Origin: an uncultured virus (IMG/VR IMGVR_UViG_3300032326_001267)
Taxonomy: Duplodnaviria > Heunggongvirae > Uroviricota > Caudoviricetes
IMG/VR virus record: IMGVR_UViG_3300032326_001267
Direction: 5' to 3' (one strand)
Length of the DNA stretch: 64,000 nt
The notes under the pieces are model-generated. The model did no database searches and was not told the DNA's origin. It saw only the letters and a program-made list of their open reading frames with translations. This document shows, piece after piece, positions 48,525-57,270 of the stretch (within the stretch, counting starts at the first letter, position 1; every line of letters starts with the position of its first letter). A program made the position numbers and the translations under genes.

Positions 48525-50996
48525 TTATGTTAAGCTTGTTTGCATTGCTACTCCGCCTGAATCCAATCTGAATCCTACATTCTTAGAAATTCCGGTGATC
48601 ATCTTTTGACCATCTAAGTCAACATTTACTGATATGCTGCCAATACCTTCTTTGATGCCTTGTTTTATAGCTCCTATTATAGATGCTTGATTAATAACAC
48701 TTTCATTGGAAGCTACAGCATTTGTAGTAACAGTTGGTATATTAGTTCCAACAGCATTATTAATTACACCGTTAAATGTTGGCAGTGTTGCATTACTAGA
48801 CATTTTTGAGATATTATCATATCCATTTTCAAATGGTTTAGTAATTGCATCTGATAAAGATGGACCAATTGACACAATTCCATCATATATACCAAGACCA
48901 ATTTTTGATGGAGAATTGGCCATAAAACCACTTTTTTCCTTAATCCACTTAAAAGCATCTACAAATGGTTGTATGAGTGTGTCATATATTGCATATCCAA
49001 TAGCTTTTAATCCTCCCAATAAAAGTCCATCAGTGCCAACAAATTCATCAAATCTAGTAATCAAATTATTTATTAACATAAATGCATTTATCACCAGACC
49101 AATTGGCCCTAAAAATCTAGAAAATACACCAAAAATCCCAGACATTTTACTAAATATACCAAGATTTTTACTAATCGTCATTGTCAATAAACTAAATGAT
49201 TTCATTAAAGATTTACCTCTGGACAGTGCTGTAATAAATATATTTATTGGTTTAATTATTAATAACCATGGACCCAATAATGATGTACTTGCCAATGTCA
49301 AAAGCTTAATAAGTTGTAGAGCAGAAGGTAAAATTTTAGTTGTAAGTAATAACAAAGGTTCAACTACATCCATTACTGGCTTAGCTAATTCCATCATCAA
49401 TTGATTAAATTGATTTTGTAATTGATTGATTCTTTCTTGATTAACTTGTTGTCTTAATCTAAGTTCTGCTTGTTTACCGATATCTTTTGCTTCTACATCT
49501 CTCATCCCCTTCATTTTTTGCATTTCATTCAATTGTTTTTTCTGTTCAGCAGTACCATTCATTCTTATGTAATTAAGCTCTTTATCAGCTTGAATCATTT
49601 CTTGCAATTCAGTTACTGTTTTTCCAGACGCATCTGCAAATGCTTGTGCTTGGAAAGGGTCCATTGCATCAAAATTCATACTTTTTGCAATCTTTAAAAT
49701 TTCTCTATTTGCACCAAGTATATCTTTTCTATAAGCCAATTCTCTTGCTCTTTGAAATGTGATATTTGTACCCAATAAAACACTAGCTTCTATTTCAGAA
49801 TTTATACTAGCGTTAAAATCTAGTAATTTTTTAGCAGTATCCGCCATTTTTTGGAATGTTGTTCCCATTTGTCTAGCTTCAACTGTACCCTTAATTAGAT
49901 TTACTACTGAACTTCCAGTATAAATTCTTACATCATCAGTTGCGTCTGCAATTTCTTTCATTATTTCAGATAAAGGAACTCCGGCCGCATTTGCCATAGC
50001 TTTTGTAAAACCAATCATTCCTTTTTGTGATGCAGCGGTACCTCTGGATATACTAGAAATTGACTTTAAAAATTTTGCACTTTCCGCTTCACTAATTCCA
50101 AGTTGAGCTGATAAAACGGATACATCTTTTACTAAATCTTTATTTACCGCAACCAACGCATTAAATTCTTTACCAATTGCAGTAGTTGCAGCAACTACGC
50201 CGTCAAATGTAACTCCTAAATCAGCCAAGTCAATTGCAAGTGTCTTAACGTTTTTTTCCAAAACATCAAAGTCTCCTCTTAAAAATCCAAAACTTTTTCT
50301 GAGAGCAAATGATGCTTTATCAAATTCCAAATACATTTTTACGCCTTTAAGAATGATATCTTGAAAAGTTGGAACTGTACCTGATAAAAGTTTACCAAAC
50401 TCACCCATACTACTCACAGCATCACCAAAAACATTTTTTAATACACCAGAAAGAGTAACATTTTTTTGTAATGTTGGTGTAACTTTTTCAAGTTTCTGTA
50501 TTTGAGTATTTAAGTCATCAACAAGTTTACTTCCAATTTTAGATTGAGCAGTAATGGTCTTTAATTCAGCTCCACGCAAAACATTTTGAATTTTCAATTT
50601 TTCTATTGTATTTAAAAGTTCTGCATTATTTATTCCCGCACGTGCTCTTGCTGATTGTAATGATTTTATTTGAGCAGCAATAATCATTCCCTGTAATCTT
50701 GATTCTTCCCTTTTAAATTGAATTCCAATAGAATCCAAATATGAAGATTTGGATTTAATTTCATTAATTCTATTTTGAATTGATTCTTGTAATTTTTGTG
50801 AAATTAAATATCTTTCTGCCAAATTTGTGTTTATTTTAGCCTTATCAACTATAGATTTAAAATTATTACCAAGTACGTCAGTTTCTCTGTTGATTTTTGT
50901 AAATACGTCTCTAAGTGATTGGCTTAAACTAGTTAAGTCTTTAACACTTTTTTCTAATTCATTAACATCACTTATTGTTACGGTCGGTTTTGCCAT
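48525..50996 (-). CDS. Tape measure protein
   Basis: 823 aa, helical Ala/Gln-rich with a hydrophobic stretch and LDGQKM; lies downstream of the chaperone. Confidence 0.8.
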   Translation of the reverse strand: MAKPTVTISDVNELEKSVKDLTSLSQSLRDVFTKINRETDVLGNNFKSIVDKAKINTNLAERYLISQKLQESIQNRINEIKSKSSYLDSIGIQFKREESRLQGMIIAAQIKSLQSARARAGINNAELLNTIEKLKIQNVLRGAELKTITAQSKIGSKLVDDLNTQIQKLEKVTPTLQKNVTLSGVLKNVFGDAVSSMGEFGKLLSGTVPTFQDIILKGVKMYLEFDKASFALRKSFGFLRGDFDVLEKNVKTLAIDLADLGVTFDGVVAATTAIGKEFNALVAVNKDLVKDVSVLSAQLGISEAESAKFLKSISSISRGTAASQKGMIGFTKAMANAAGVPLSEIMKEIADATDDVRIYTGSSVVNLIKGTVEARQMGTTFQKMADTAKKLLDFNASINSEIEASVLLGTNITFQRARELAYRKDILGANREILKIAKSMNFDAMDPFQAQAFADASGKTVTELQEMIQADKELNYIRMNGTAEQKKQLNEMQKMKGMRDVEAKDIGKQAELRLRQQVNQERINQLQNQFNQLMMELAKPVMDVVEPLLLLTTKILPSALQLIKLLTLASTSLLGPWLLIIKPINIFITALSRGKSLMKSFSLLTMTISKNLGIFSKMSGIFGVFSRFLGPIGLVINAFMLINNLITRFDEFVGTDGLLLGGLKAIGYAIYDTLIQPFVDAFKWIKEKSGFMANSPSKIGLGIYDGIVSIGPSLSDAITKPFENGYDNISKMSSNATLPTFNGVINNAVGTNIPTVTTNAVASNESVINQASIIGAIKQGIKEGIGSISVNVDLDGQKMITGISKNVGFRLDSGGVAMQTSLT

Positions 50997-51027
50997 ATTT
51001 TATACTACAATAAATATATAAAATATG
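50994..51027 (-). promoter_or_regulatory. 11-bp perfect inverted repeat occluding the tape measure start codon, with TATTTAT in the loop
   Basis: CATATTTTATA (50994-51004), 12-nt loop containing ATAAATA (51010-51016), TATAAAATATG (51017-51027). Confidence 0.7.
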
Positions 51028-51036
51028 AACTTTAAA

Positions 51037-51249
51037 CTATCTTTTAATTGTTTTTGGAGATTCTTTTGAAGTGGATTTGTCCATTGCTTCTGATTCTTTC
51101 ATCTTTGTGTCAGCCAGTAACTTGTAATAAAAGTTCCTCAAAAACACTGGTAAGTTGTAACCAATGTTTTGATCAAATGCTCCTTGGGAATAATAACCTA
51201 ATTCAAATATCTGTTTATGTACAAACAGTTTATATTCAGCTGTTAGGCC
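51037..51249 (-). CDS. Frameshift-accessed C-terminal extension of the tail assembly chaperone (70 aa, no usable ATG)
   Basis: GLTAEYKLFVHKQIFELGYYSQGAFDQNIGYNLPVFLRNFYYKLL... begins immediately after the TTTTTTT run at 51250-51256. Confidence 0.75.
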   Translation of the reverse strand, partial: GLTAEYKLFVHKQIFELGYYSQGAFDQNIGYNLPVFLRNFYYKLLADTKMKESEAMDKSTSKESPKTIKR

Positions 51250-52069
51250 AAAAAAATTGTACCGTCATCGGCACCTCCGATCTATCCTCAGAGTTACAGT
51301 TAGGACAAGTAAAATTAAATGTCATGTCCAAATCAGGTGAATTTTGACGGATAAACTTTCTCAATTCAATACTATCTCTTGATAAGAGTTCAGTATCAAC
51401 AAACTTTCTGATAAATGCTTTGTCAGTATTACCGTCAATTGATGTAATTACATGTTTCAATCTAGTAGTAATTTCTGCACTTTGACCACCTTTGTTTAAC
51501 TTAGATATAGATTTCAACTCATTTTCAATTTGTTGTTCTTCTAATGAAGTGGCCAATTTAACAGTAACTAACTTTTTTGAATATGGAAGAGTAAAACTGA
51601 GACTGTTTTCTGATTTGGAATATTTACTAAAGTCAAAATCTTTGTCTTTTAGTTCAGCTAAATTGATATCAGTCTTTGATTCTTCTCTACAATTCTTACA
51701 AACTACACCTACAGGACCATAACTATCACCATATGCCAATCTTCTTGCAGCAACATACAATGCATTTTTGTCACCAATCAATATATTTTCAATCTTAATT
51801 GACTTATCAACAATCAAAGATTCAAGTAGTTTATCTAAAACAACACCTTTTTTAATAAGATTTTCACTGGTAAGAATATCTTCTTCTTTAGCAGTCATCA
51901 TCTTCAACTCAACTTTGCCTGATGATAACGGATCATTTTCTTTATAAAAGAACCCTTTACTTGGTAATTCAATTACCTCAGTAGGAAATGTCACCTCTTG
52001 TTTTTGTGGGGGTGGGGGTGCTTGAAAAGATTGTGGTCTTGTAATTGGTACTGTGAAATTTTCTTCCAT
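51236..52069 (-). CDS. Tail assembly chaperone / T4 gp26-like baseplate hub assembly protein
   Basis: LPSKG..Y, MTAKEEDIL, AR..AYG, CxxC twice, C-terminal FFWP. Confidence 0.8.
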   Translation of the reverse strand: MEENFTVPITRPQSFQAPPPPQKQEVTFPTEVIELPSKGFFYKENDPLSSGKVELKMMTAKEEDILTSENLIKKGVVLDKLLESLIVDKSIKIENILIGDKNALYVAARRLAYGDSYGPVGVVCKNCREESKTDINLAELKDKDFDFSKYSKSENSLSFTLPYSKKLVTVKLATSLEEQQIENELKSISKLNKGGQSAEITTRLKHVITSIDGNTDKAFIRKFVDTELLSRDSIELRKFIRQNSPDLDMTFNFTCPNCNSEDRSEVPMTVQFFWPNS

Positions 52070-52127
52070 AAAATGTATAACTTGTACACATATATATAAA
52101 AGAATCTAAATATTTGATTTATTTTAT

Positions 52128-53075
52128 TTAAATTGATACCGCAGACAATTCTTTTTGAGCAGCAGATAAGTATACTTTAGCTTGTTTTACTTCTTCCTCT
52201 GCAGTTTTAACTGAATCTTGAGCATCTTTTCTTTGTTTTGCTAAATCAGCTGCATCTGTTTGTTCCTTAACTTCAGCAGGTGGTTTTTCATTCTTTACAT
52301 CTGTTGGTGTTACTTGAGTCTTAGCTAAATTTGACAATCTAACTTTAGCAGCTTTTAACTTTTCTTCTTTTGCTTTTAATTCAGCTCTTCTTTGATTAAC
52401 AAAAGCAGATTTTGTTTTTTTTGTAGTATCTTTAATTGCGTCTTCTTTTAGAATAGAAATTATTCTTTTCAACTTAGATTCAATACTTTCATTCACTTTA
52501 TTATACTTAAACTTCTGTGTCAAGTCTTTAAATAAAGCAATATCATACCATCCAAAGATGAATCTGAAAAACTTTTCTTTTTGTTCATCAGTGTATTTAT
52601 CAGATCCCAACATTTGTCTTACAGCGGTACCACTTAAAATTCTACCATCAACCATGGTTTGATTTTCTGGTATAATCAGTACATATCCACTCTTATTAAG
52701 AGGGTCTAATTGGTTTGTGTCTCCCTTGAATGACTTGAAATAACCACCTTGATCTACTTTTAGTCTTTCTGCATCTTTTTGACCCAATGCAAATATTACA
52801 CTGGTTTTGTCTGGATCATACTTCTGTGTGATTTCTAATGATTTGTAGGGACTCTTTGTTTGTACAATGTGATCAGGTGCTACACCGTGTCTTACCCAGA
52901 TTTGTTGTTTTTCACCAAATGTAAGTGGAGAGTCTGGTAGTTCTACTTTACCACTAGTAGAAACGTAGGTGTCATTTCCAGTTATTGACTTTAAAAAATT
53001 AAAGGCATTTAAATGACCTCTGTGTGGTGGGTGAAATCTACCAGGATATATTCCAATTACGCTTTTCAAGTTCAT
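52128..53075 (-). CDS. HxGH (cytidylyltransferase-like) nucleotidyltransferase with coiled-coil tail
   Basis: YPGRFHPPHRGH, PLTFGEK, GQKDAER, SGTAVR. Confidence 0.75.
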   Translation of the reverse strand: MNLKSVIGIYPGRFHPPHRGHLNAFNFLKSITGNDTYVSTSGKVELPDSPLTFGEKQQIWVRHGVAPDHIVQTKSPYKSLEITQKYDPDKTSVIFALGQKDAERLKVDQGGYFKSFKGDTNQLDPLNKSGYVLIIPENQTMVDGRILSGTAVRQMLGSDKYTDEQKEKFFRFIFGWYDIALFKDLTQKFKYNKVNESIESKLKRIISILKEDAIKDTTKKTKSAFVNQRRAELKAKEEKLKAAKVRLSNLAKTQVTPTDVKNEKPPAEVKEQTDAADLAKQRKDAQDSVKTAEEEVKQAKVYLSAAQKELSAVSI

Positions 53076-53111
53076 GTTATATAAATATAGTACTTAATTG
53101 TTAATGTACAT

Positions 53112-53141
53112 AAAAAAACTCCTTGTTTTATCAAGGAGTTT
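53112..53141 (-). terminator. Rho-independent terminator after tail tube gene
   Basis: AAACTCCTTG/CAAGGAGTTT stem with a minus-strand T tract. Confidence 0.8.
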
Positions 53142-53166
53142 AAAAAGGATAAATGTTTTGTTTTTA

Positions 53167-53658
53167 TTAGTATTGTAGAATACAGTAATCTACAGATAGA
53201 GTCAAACTAATAGTTGCTGGATCACCGCTATCAGTCCAATCCATTTCACCAAAGTCAGCACTGGTGATAAATGCACCCTTTAATGTCCATTCTTCTACTT
53301 TATCACCTACTGGACCTAGAACGTTTACGGTTAGATCTTTCTTATAAAAGTCACTATAACCATCACGGCCGGTTACAGATTCATGGCTCAAACGTACCCA
53401 TTCCATTACTGCTTGAGCACCAGATGGTACAATTGGATCATACAATTCCATTGTAATGTTATCCCATGTGGTTTTGCCTTTGTAGTAACGTTGGATGTTG
53501 ATGTGATCCAATGTCTTCTTTTCACTTGTTACTGTTGGTCTCTTGACCTTTCTGATCAAGAAGCTTGGAATACCATCACAGTACAATAGAAACCTATTTT
53601 TAACTTTAGGTTCAAATTGTGTGAAGAATATTTCGTTGGAATTTAGTAAATCTGCCAT
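53167..53658 (-). CDS. Tail tube protein (T4 gp19-like)
   Basis: EPKVKNRF, GKTTW.NIT..LYDPI, YKKDL, WTLKGAF, L.VD. Confidence 0.9.
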   Translation of the reverse strand: MADLLNSNEIFFTQFEPKVKNRFLLYCDGIPSFLIRKVKRPTVTSEKKTLDHINIQRYYKGKTTWDNITMELYDPIVPSGAQAVMEWVRLSHESVTGRDGYSDFYKKDLTVNVLGPVGDKVEEWTLKGAFITSADFGEMDWTDSGDPATISLTLSVDYCILQY

Positions 53659-53725
53659 ATTTTTTTATCCTTAAATAAGTTCTATTGTATAAATATAATG
53701 AACAATTTGTTTTTATATAAATTTT

Positions 53726-54409
53726 TCAAGATTCTTTTAAACTTGCCTTTTTATCAAATATCTGATTGATACCATTTCTGAGTTTGTCTAGGTGACCTCT
53801 GGATCTTAATACTTTAAAAACAATATTCTCTGTACTAAATTCTCCAGACTTGTTTAACCCTACTTCTCTCATATCATACAAATCTTTTAAAACCTTCTTT
53901 AACTTAACCAAACTTTCAGATTCTAGTGCGTTTTTAATTTTCAACACCATATCACTGTATTTTTGTTGGATTTGTTCTTTATCCAATTCAAAATTTTCCT
54001 TCTTTGGTTCTGTCACCCATTTGTTATTTAACAATGAATAAACTCCAGTGGATCTGTTTTTCTTAGAAATGTCTTGAATGTATACTTCAACGTTAAATCC
54101 TTTAACATGAATGTCATGGTCTTCATTCCATTTACCTTTAATGGCATTTACCATCTTTTCAACCATTTCTACATCTTCAGATACGTCTTTGAAATCTATG
54201 ACTATATGAATGTCAATATCACTAAAATCTGACCAGTTATAATTTGCGCTGCTACCAACCATTATAATATCTTTAACTGGAGCGGTTAATTCTGTATCCT
54301 TGTAGAAGGACTGTCCTATAGACTTTAAAGATTCAGCTACATCTGGTTTTAGTTTTAAACCATCCCAAAGAGCTGGATTTAGAGTATTATTATAGATTCT
54401 TACTTTCAT
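53726..54409 (-). CDS. Pol-beta superfamily nucleotidyltransferase
   Basis: GSSANYNWSDFSDIDIH and VEVY (third acidic residue). Confidence 0.8.
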   Translation of the reverse strand: MKVRIYNNTLNPALWDGLKLKPDVAESLKSIGQSFYKDTELTAPVKDIIMVGSSANYNWSDFSDIDIHIVIDFKDVSEDVEMVEKMVNAIKGKWNEDHDIHVKGFNVEVYIQDISKKNRSTGVYSLLNNKWVTEPKKENFELDKEQIQQKYSDMVLKIKNALESESLVKLKKVLKDLYDMREVGLNKSGEFSTENIVFKVLRSRGHLDKLRNGINQIFDKKASLKES

Positions 54410-55041
54410 ATATTAGAATAACTATAACCAAATGATTCTGGCAATTGATTTATTAACAATTGTAAACCAGATAATGTACTTGACGCATTTGTATGTATAA
54501 TACCTTTACCACCAGCAGTTTCAAATGATTCTACATTTTTAGGCAAATCATCAATTAAACAGCTATTTGGTTTAGCAAATCTACCTTTTCCTCTACCTGA
54601 ACCGCTGAAGTTAACTTTTAAGCCAGACCAATTGTTACTTAACCACTGTAATTTACCTTTTTCTATATTTCTAATGATATCTTTGGCTTCTTCTCTTGGG
54701 TGGTTTTTAAGAATCCAGTTACCGCTAGTGCTTGTTAAAACTTGTAGATCTAGATTGTTATCATTAACAATTTTAACTATACCAGCTTTAAGTTGATCAA
54801 AATCAGGCATTTTTTGCATGCTTGACCAAAACAATTCACCTTTATCAGCAATTGCATCCCAAAACTTTAAAGTGCCATATTGAGATTCAAATTCTTTAGG
54901 TGATGATCCTATCATTTGAGCAAATTGTAAATCAAAATTGCACATCACACCATCCATGTCACAAAATACAATAAATGGTTCAGATTGCTCCAAGAGGTTA
55001 GCATCCCAAACTTCAGGTAAAAGCGCTTTAAGCTTGATCAT
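54406..55041 (-). CDS. HAD-family 5'(3')-deoxyribonucleotidase-like phosphatase
   Basis: FCDMDGV, LTS, K..W, LIDD..KN..F..AGG.GI.H. Confidence 0.8.
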   Translation of the reverse strand: MIKLKALLPEVWDANLLEQSEPFIVFCDMDGVMCNFDLQFAQMIGSSPKEFESQYGTLKFWDAIADKGELFWSSMQKMPDFDQLKAGIVKIVNDNNLDLQVLTSTSGNWILKNHPREEAKDIIRNIEKGKLQWLSNNWSGLKVNFSGSGRGKGRFAKPNSCLIDDLPKNVESFETAGGKGIIHTNASSTLSGLQLLINQLPESFGYSYSNI

Positions 55042-55072
55042 AATAAAATAAATATCAGCAGGTTAAAATAAG

Positions 55073-55183
55073 TTGACTTAAATGTATAAAAAGCATATAT
55101 TAAAAGCGCAACATTTATATATAAAAAAGCATTAAGCATTTATTATAATAATAAAGCAACCGCAATATAAAAAGCGCTGCGCT
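55073..55183 (+). repeat. Non-coding AT-rich region with imperfect (T)AAAAGC repeats behind a plus-strand TTGACT-N17-TATATT
   Basis: About six AAGC-core repeats in 100 bp and no ORF. Confidence 0.5.
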
Positions 55184-55201
55184 CCTGATAATTGTAAAAG
55201 T

Positions 55202-55480
55202 TTACTTAGGATTTGGTATAAAAGTACCATTTTTTAGATTTAGTGAACCTTCACCATATTTGGTTGTGATGGAGTTTAACCACTCATCTTCATCTTTTTG
55301 AATCTTTTCATAGTTGGTTCTAAGGTTAGATTCAACTTGAGATAGTTCTTTGATTTTTGCATCTAGTGTCATTTTATCTAGATACAATTGACCAAATGAC
55401 ATAATATTCTCTTGAAAGCTCAATTGAATATTTTTTAATGCATCTAATTCTTGTTGTGTAAATTTGATAGGTTCTGACAT
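55202..55480 (-). CDS. Small coiled-coil hypothetical protein
   Basis: KFTQQEL...KYGEGSLNLKNGTF. Confidence 0.7.
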   Translation of the reverse strand: MSEPIKFTQQELDALKNIQLSFQENIMSFGQLYLDKMTLDAKIKELSQVESNLRTNYEKIQKDEDEWLNSITTKYGEGSLNLKNGTFIPNPK

Positions 55481-55497
55481 ATAAAATATATAGGGGT

Positions 55498-56334
55498 TTA
55501 TTTAATTATTGAAATATTATTTTTTATCTTTTCAAACACATCATGTGGTGATATGCTAGTGGTACATTCAAACATTCTTTTTGTGTTTTTATGATTTGGA
55601 CACCAATTCCAATCATGTTTGTCAAACGGTTTTTCATTTAAACATCCGTGACAAACTGATTCATTGTCAACTCTTACTATATTGGTGGTAAACTCACACC
55701 ATTTTTTTGTTACATTTGTAATCAACACAACCTTTTTCCCAACAGCATGAGCTAACCAACTTAATCCGTTTGAAGTGCCTATATGAAATTCTGCGTGATT
55801 CATATAATGTGTAGACTCTAATAGTGATATACCAGTTTTATCAATTGCGCCCGCAGGAATTGTGTTATAACAGTCTTTTGTTCCGTAACTACTGTACATA
55901 TCAACACAGACTGCAGTTAAACCATAACGTTGTTTCAATAGATTCAAAAGTATGTTCCATCCTTTTTTTGCATTCCAATATCTTCCTTGATGAGTTGACT
56001 GGGTTGAAATAGTAAAGTATTTTTCTTTAATTGGTCTTTCTTTTATTACCGTAGCAACTTTAGCACAGGTTTCTTCAAATGGTAAACCCAACAAATCAGA
56101 CGCATACTTTTCAAGAGGTTGGTCTAAGTTAACATGCAAAACTTTCAATTCATCATATTTGACAGGTTCATCAAAACTAATATTTGGATAAACGGTCTTA
56201 AACAATTCAACATACTTTGAATTTATAATAAAATGTACGTTGTGATTTGTTAATTTCTGATACTTGTCAACTTGTCCAATCGACGCAATTGTGTCACCCA
56301 AAGAACTTGTTGTTAACTCTATTTTAATTGTCAT
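55498..56334 (-). CDS. GT9 / TibC-Aah-like heptosyltransferase homolog
   Basis: SLGDT, GLSWLA, VCHGC...WCP.HK...FECT. Start taken at MTIKI (56334). Confidence 0.75.
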   Translation of the reverse strand: MTIKIELTTSSLGDTIASIGQVDKYQKLTNHNVHFIINSKYVELFKTVYPNISFDEPVKYDELKVLHVNLDQPLEKYASDLLGLPFEETCAKVATVIKERPIKEKYFTISTQSTHQGRYWNAKKGWNILLNLLKQRYGLTAVCVDMYSSYGTKDCYNTIPAGAIDKTGISLLESTHYMNHAEFHIGTSNGLSWLAHAVGKKVVLITNVTKKWCEFTTNIVRVDNESVCHGCLNEKPFDKHDWNWCPNHKNTKRMFECTTSISPHDVFEKIKNNISIIK

Positions 56335-57269
56335 AAATTTACTTTTTTGAAACAAAAGTGATCTTCCTTTTCATTAAATAGTCTCAACTTAAAATATGGA
56401 TATTTTAATATTCCATCAAAAATTATATAACTAGTTGTACGAATTGGATTCATATTAATTGCGTAATCACCAAAAGTATGAAGCAACGTTTGTTCATAGT
56501 CATTTATACCATAAAGTTCTATAGTATATATGCCTGATGCATCCAAATCATAATGAATTGCGTCTCCATATTGAAACAGTAATGACATCTTATTATTTTG
56601 TTCTCTTGTATAAGCATTCACCAATCTCTTATATTTTGTTGGTGTATCACTTCCTGCGTGATAAACAAACAATGTGTTTTCAGAAAGAAAGTGATAACGA
56701 TATGGAATTATTTTTATATTGTTTGTTATAACTGGTTTGGTTATATCAAAATATTCCATGTTTATCAAATTGTCATCAGTTAATGTTTGTCTAATAAAAT
56801 GGTCCATGACAGTTTGTTCATGGAAAAATTCATAATTATATTTCCCACTGTTATCCCAAATATAATTTAAAGTATCTATTGACCATTGAGAATTTTTCCA
56901 TATCATGAATCCTGTACTAGTCATTGTGTACATCCTTCTATCAGATTCTGAAGGTGGATTCTTTGAAATAACTAAATCAATTCCGTCATCAATAAAATCT
57001 TCAATTTTTATGTTTTTTAGAAATATTGCATCTGCGTCTATCCAAACAACATAATCATAGTTAGGTAAGTGTTTTTTTATTAATGGAATCTTCAACCATG
57101 TATTTTGTCTATCAGACAACTCAGTTTCAGATATTTCACATACAAAACTATAATTGTGTCTATTTGCATATTTTAAGTTTACTTCTGCGCAAAATTTACC
57201 AAAATCACAATTACCATAATTGTTCCAAACTACTTTTTTTGTAAATGCGGTTAATATTAAAATATTCAT
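56331..57269 (-). CDS. GT34 (GMA12/MNN10-like) glycosyltransferase
   Basis: YANRHNY, WLKI, WIDADA, TGFMIWKN, HEQ, HAG. Confidence 0.75.
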   Translation of the reverse strand: MNILILTAFTKKVVWNNYGNCDFGKFCAEVNLKYANRHNYSFVCEISETELSDRQNTWLKIPLIKKHLPNYDYVVWIDADAIFLKNIKIEDFIDDGIDLVISKNPPSESDRRMYTMTSTGFMIWKNSQWSIDTLNYIWDNSGKYNYEFFHEQTVMDHFIRQTLTDDNLINMEYFDITKPVITNNIKIIPYRYHFLSENTLFVYHAGSDTPTKYKRLVNAYTREQNNKMSLLFQYGDAIHYDLDASGIYTIELYGINDYEQTLLHTFGDYAINMNPIRTTSYIIFDGILKYPYFKLRLFNEKEDHFCFKKVNL

Positions 57270-57270
57270 T

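Noticed and set aside
51048..51347. 99-aa plus-strand ORF in the track
   Set aside because: Antisense shadow. The minus-strand ORF 51037-51249 fits the operon and looks protein-like.
23392..53695. TATAAATA read as a classical T4 late promoter
   Set aside because: In nearly all cases it lies on the non-coding strand of the adjacent gene, so the coding-strand motif is TATTTAT(A). Only the 23395 copy could be read either way.
55073..55183. Possible mini-CRISPR array
   Set aside because: Repeats are short, degenerate and irregularly spaced, and no cas genes are present.
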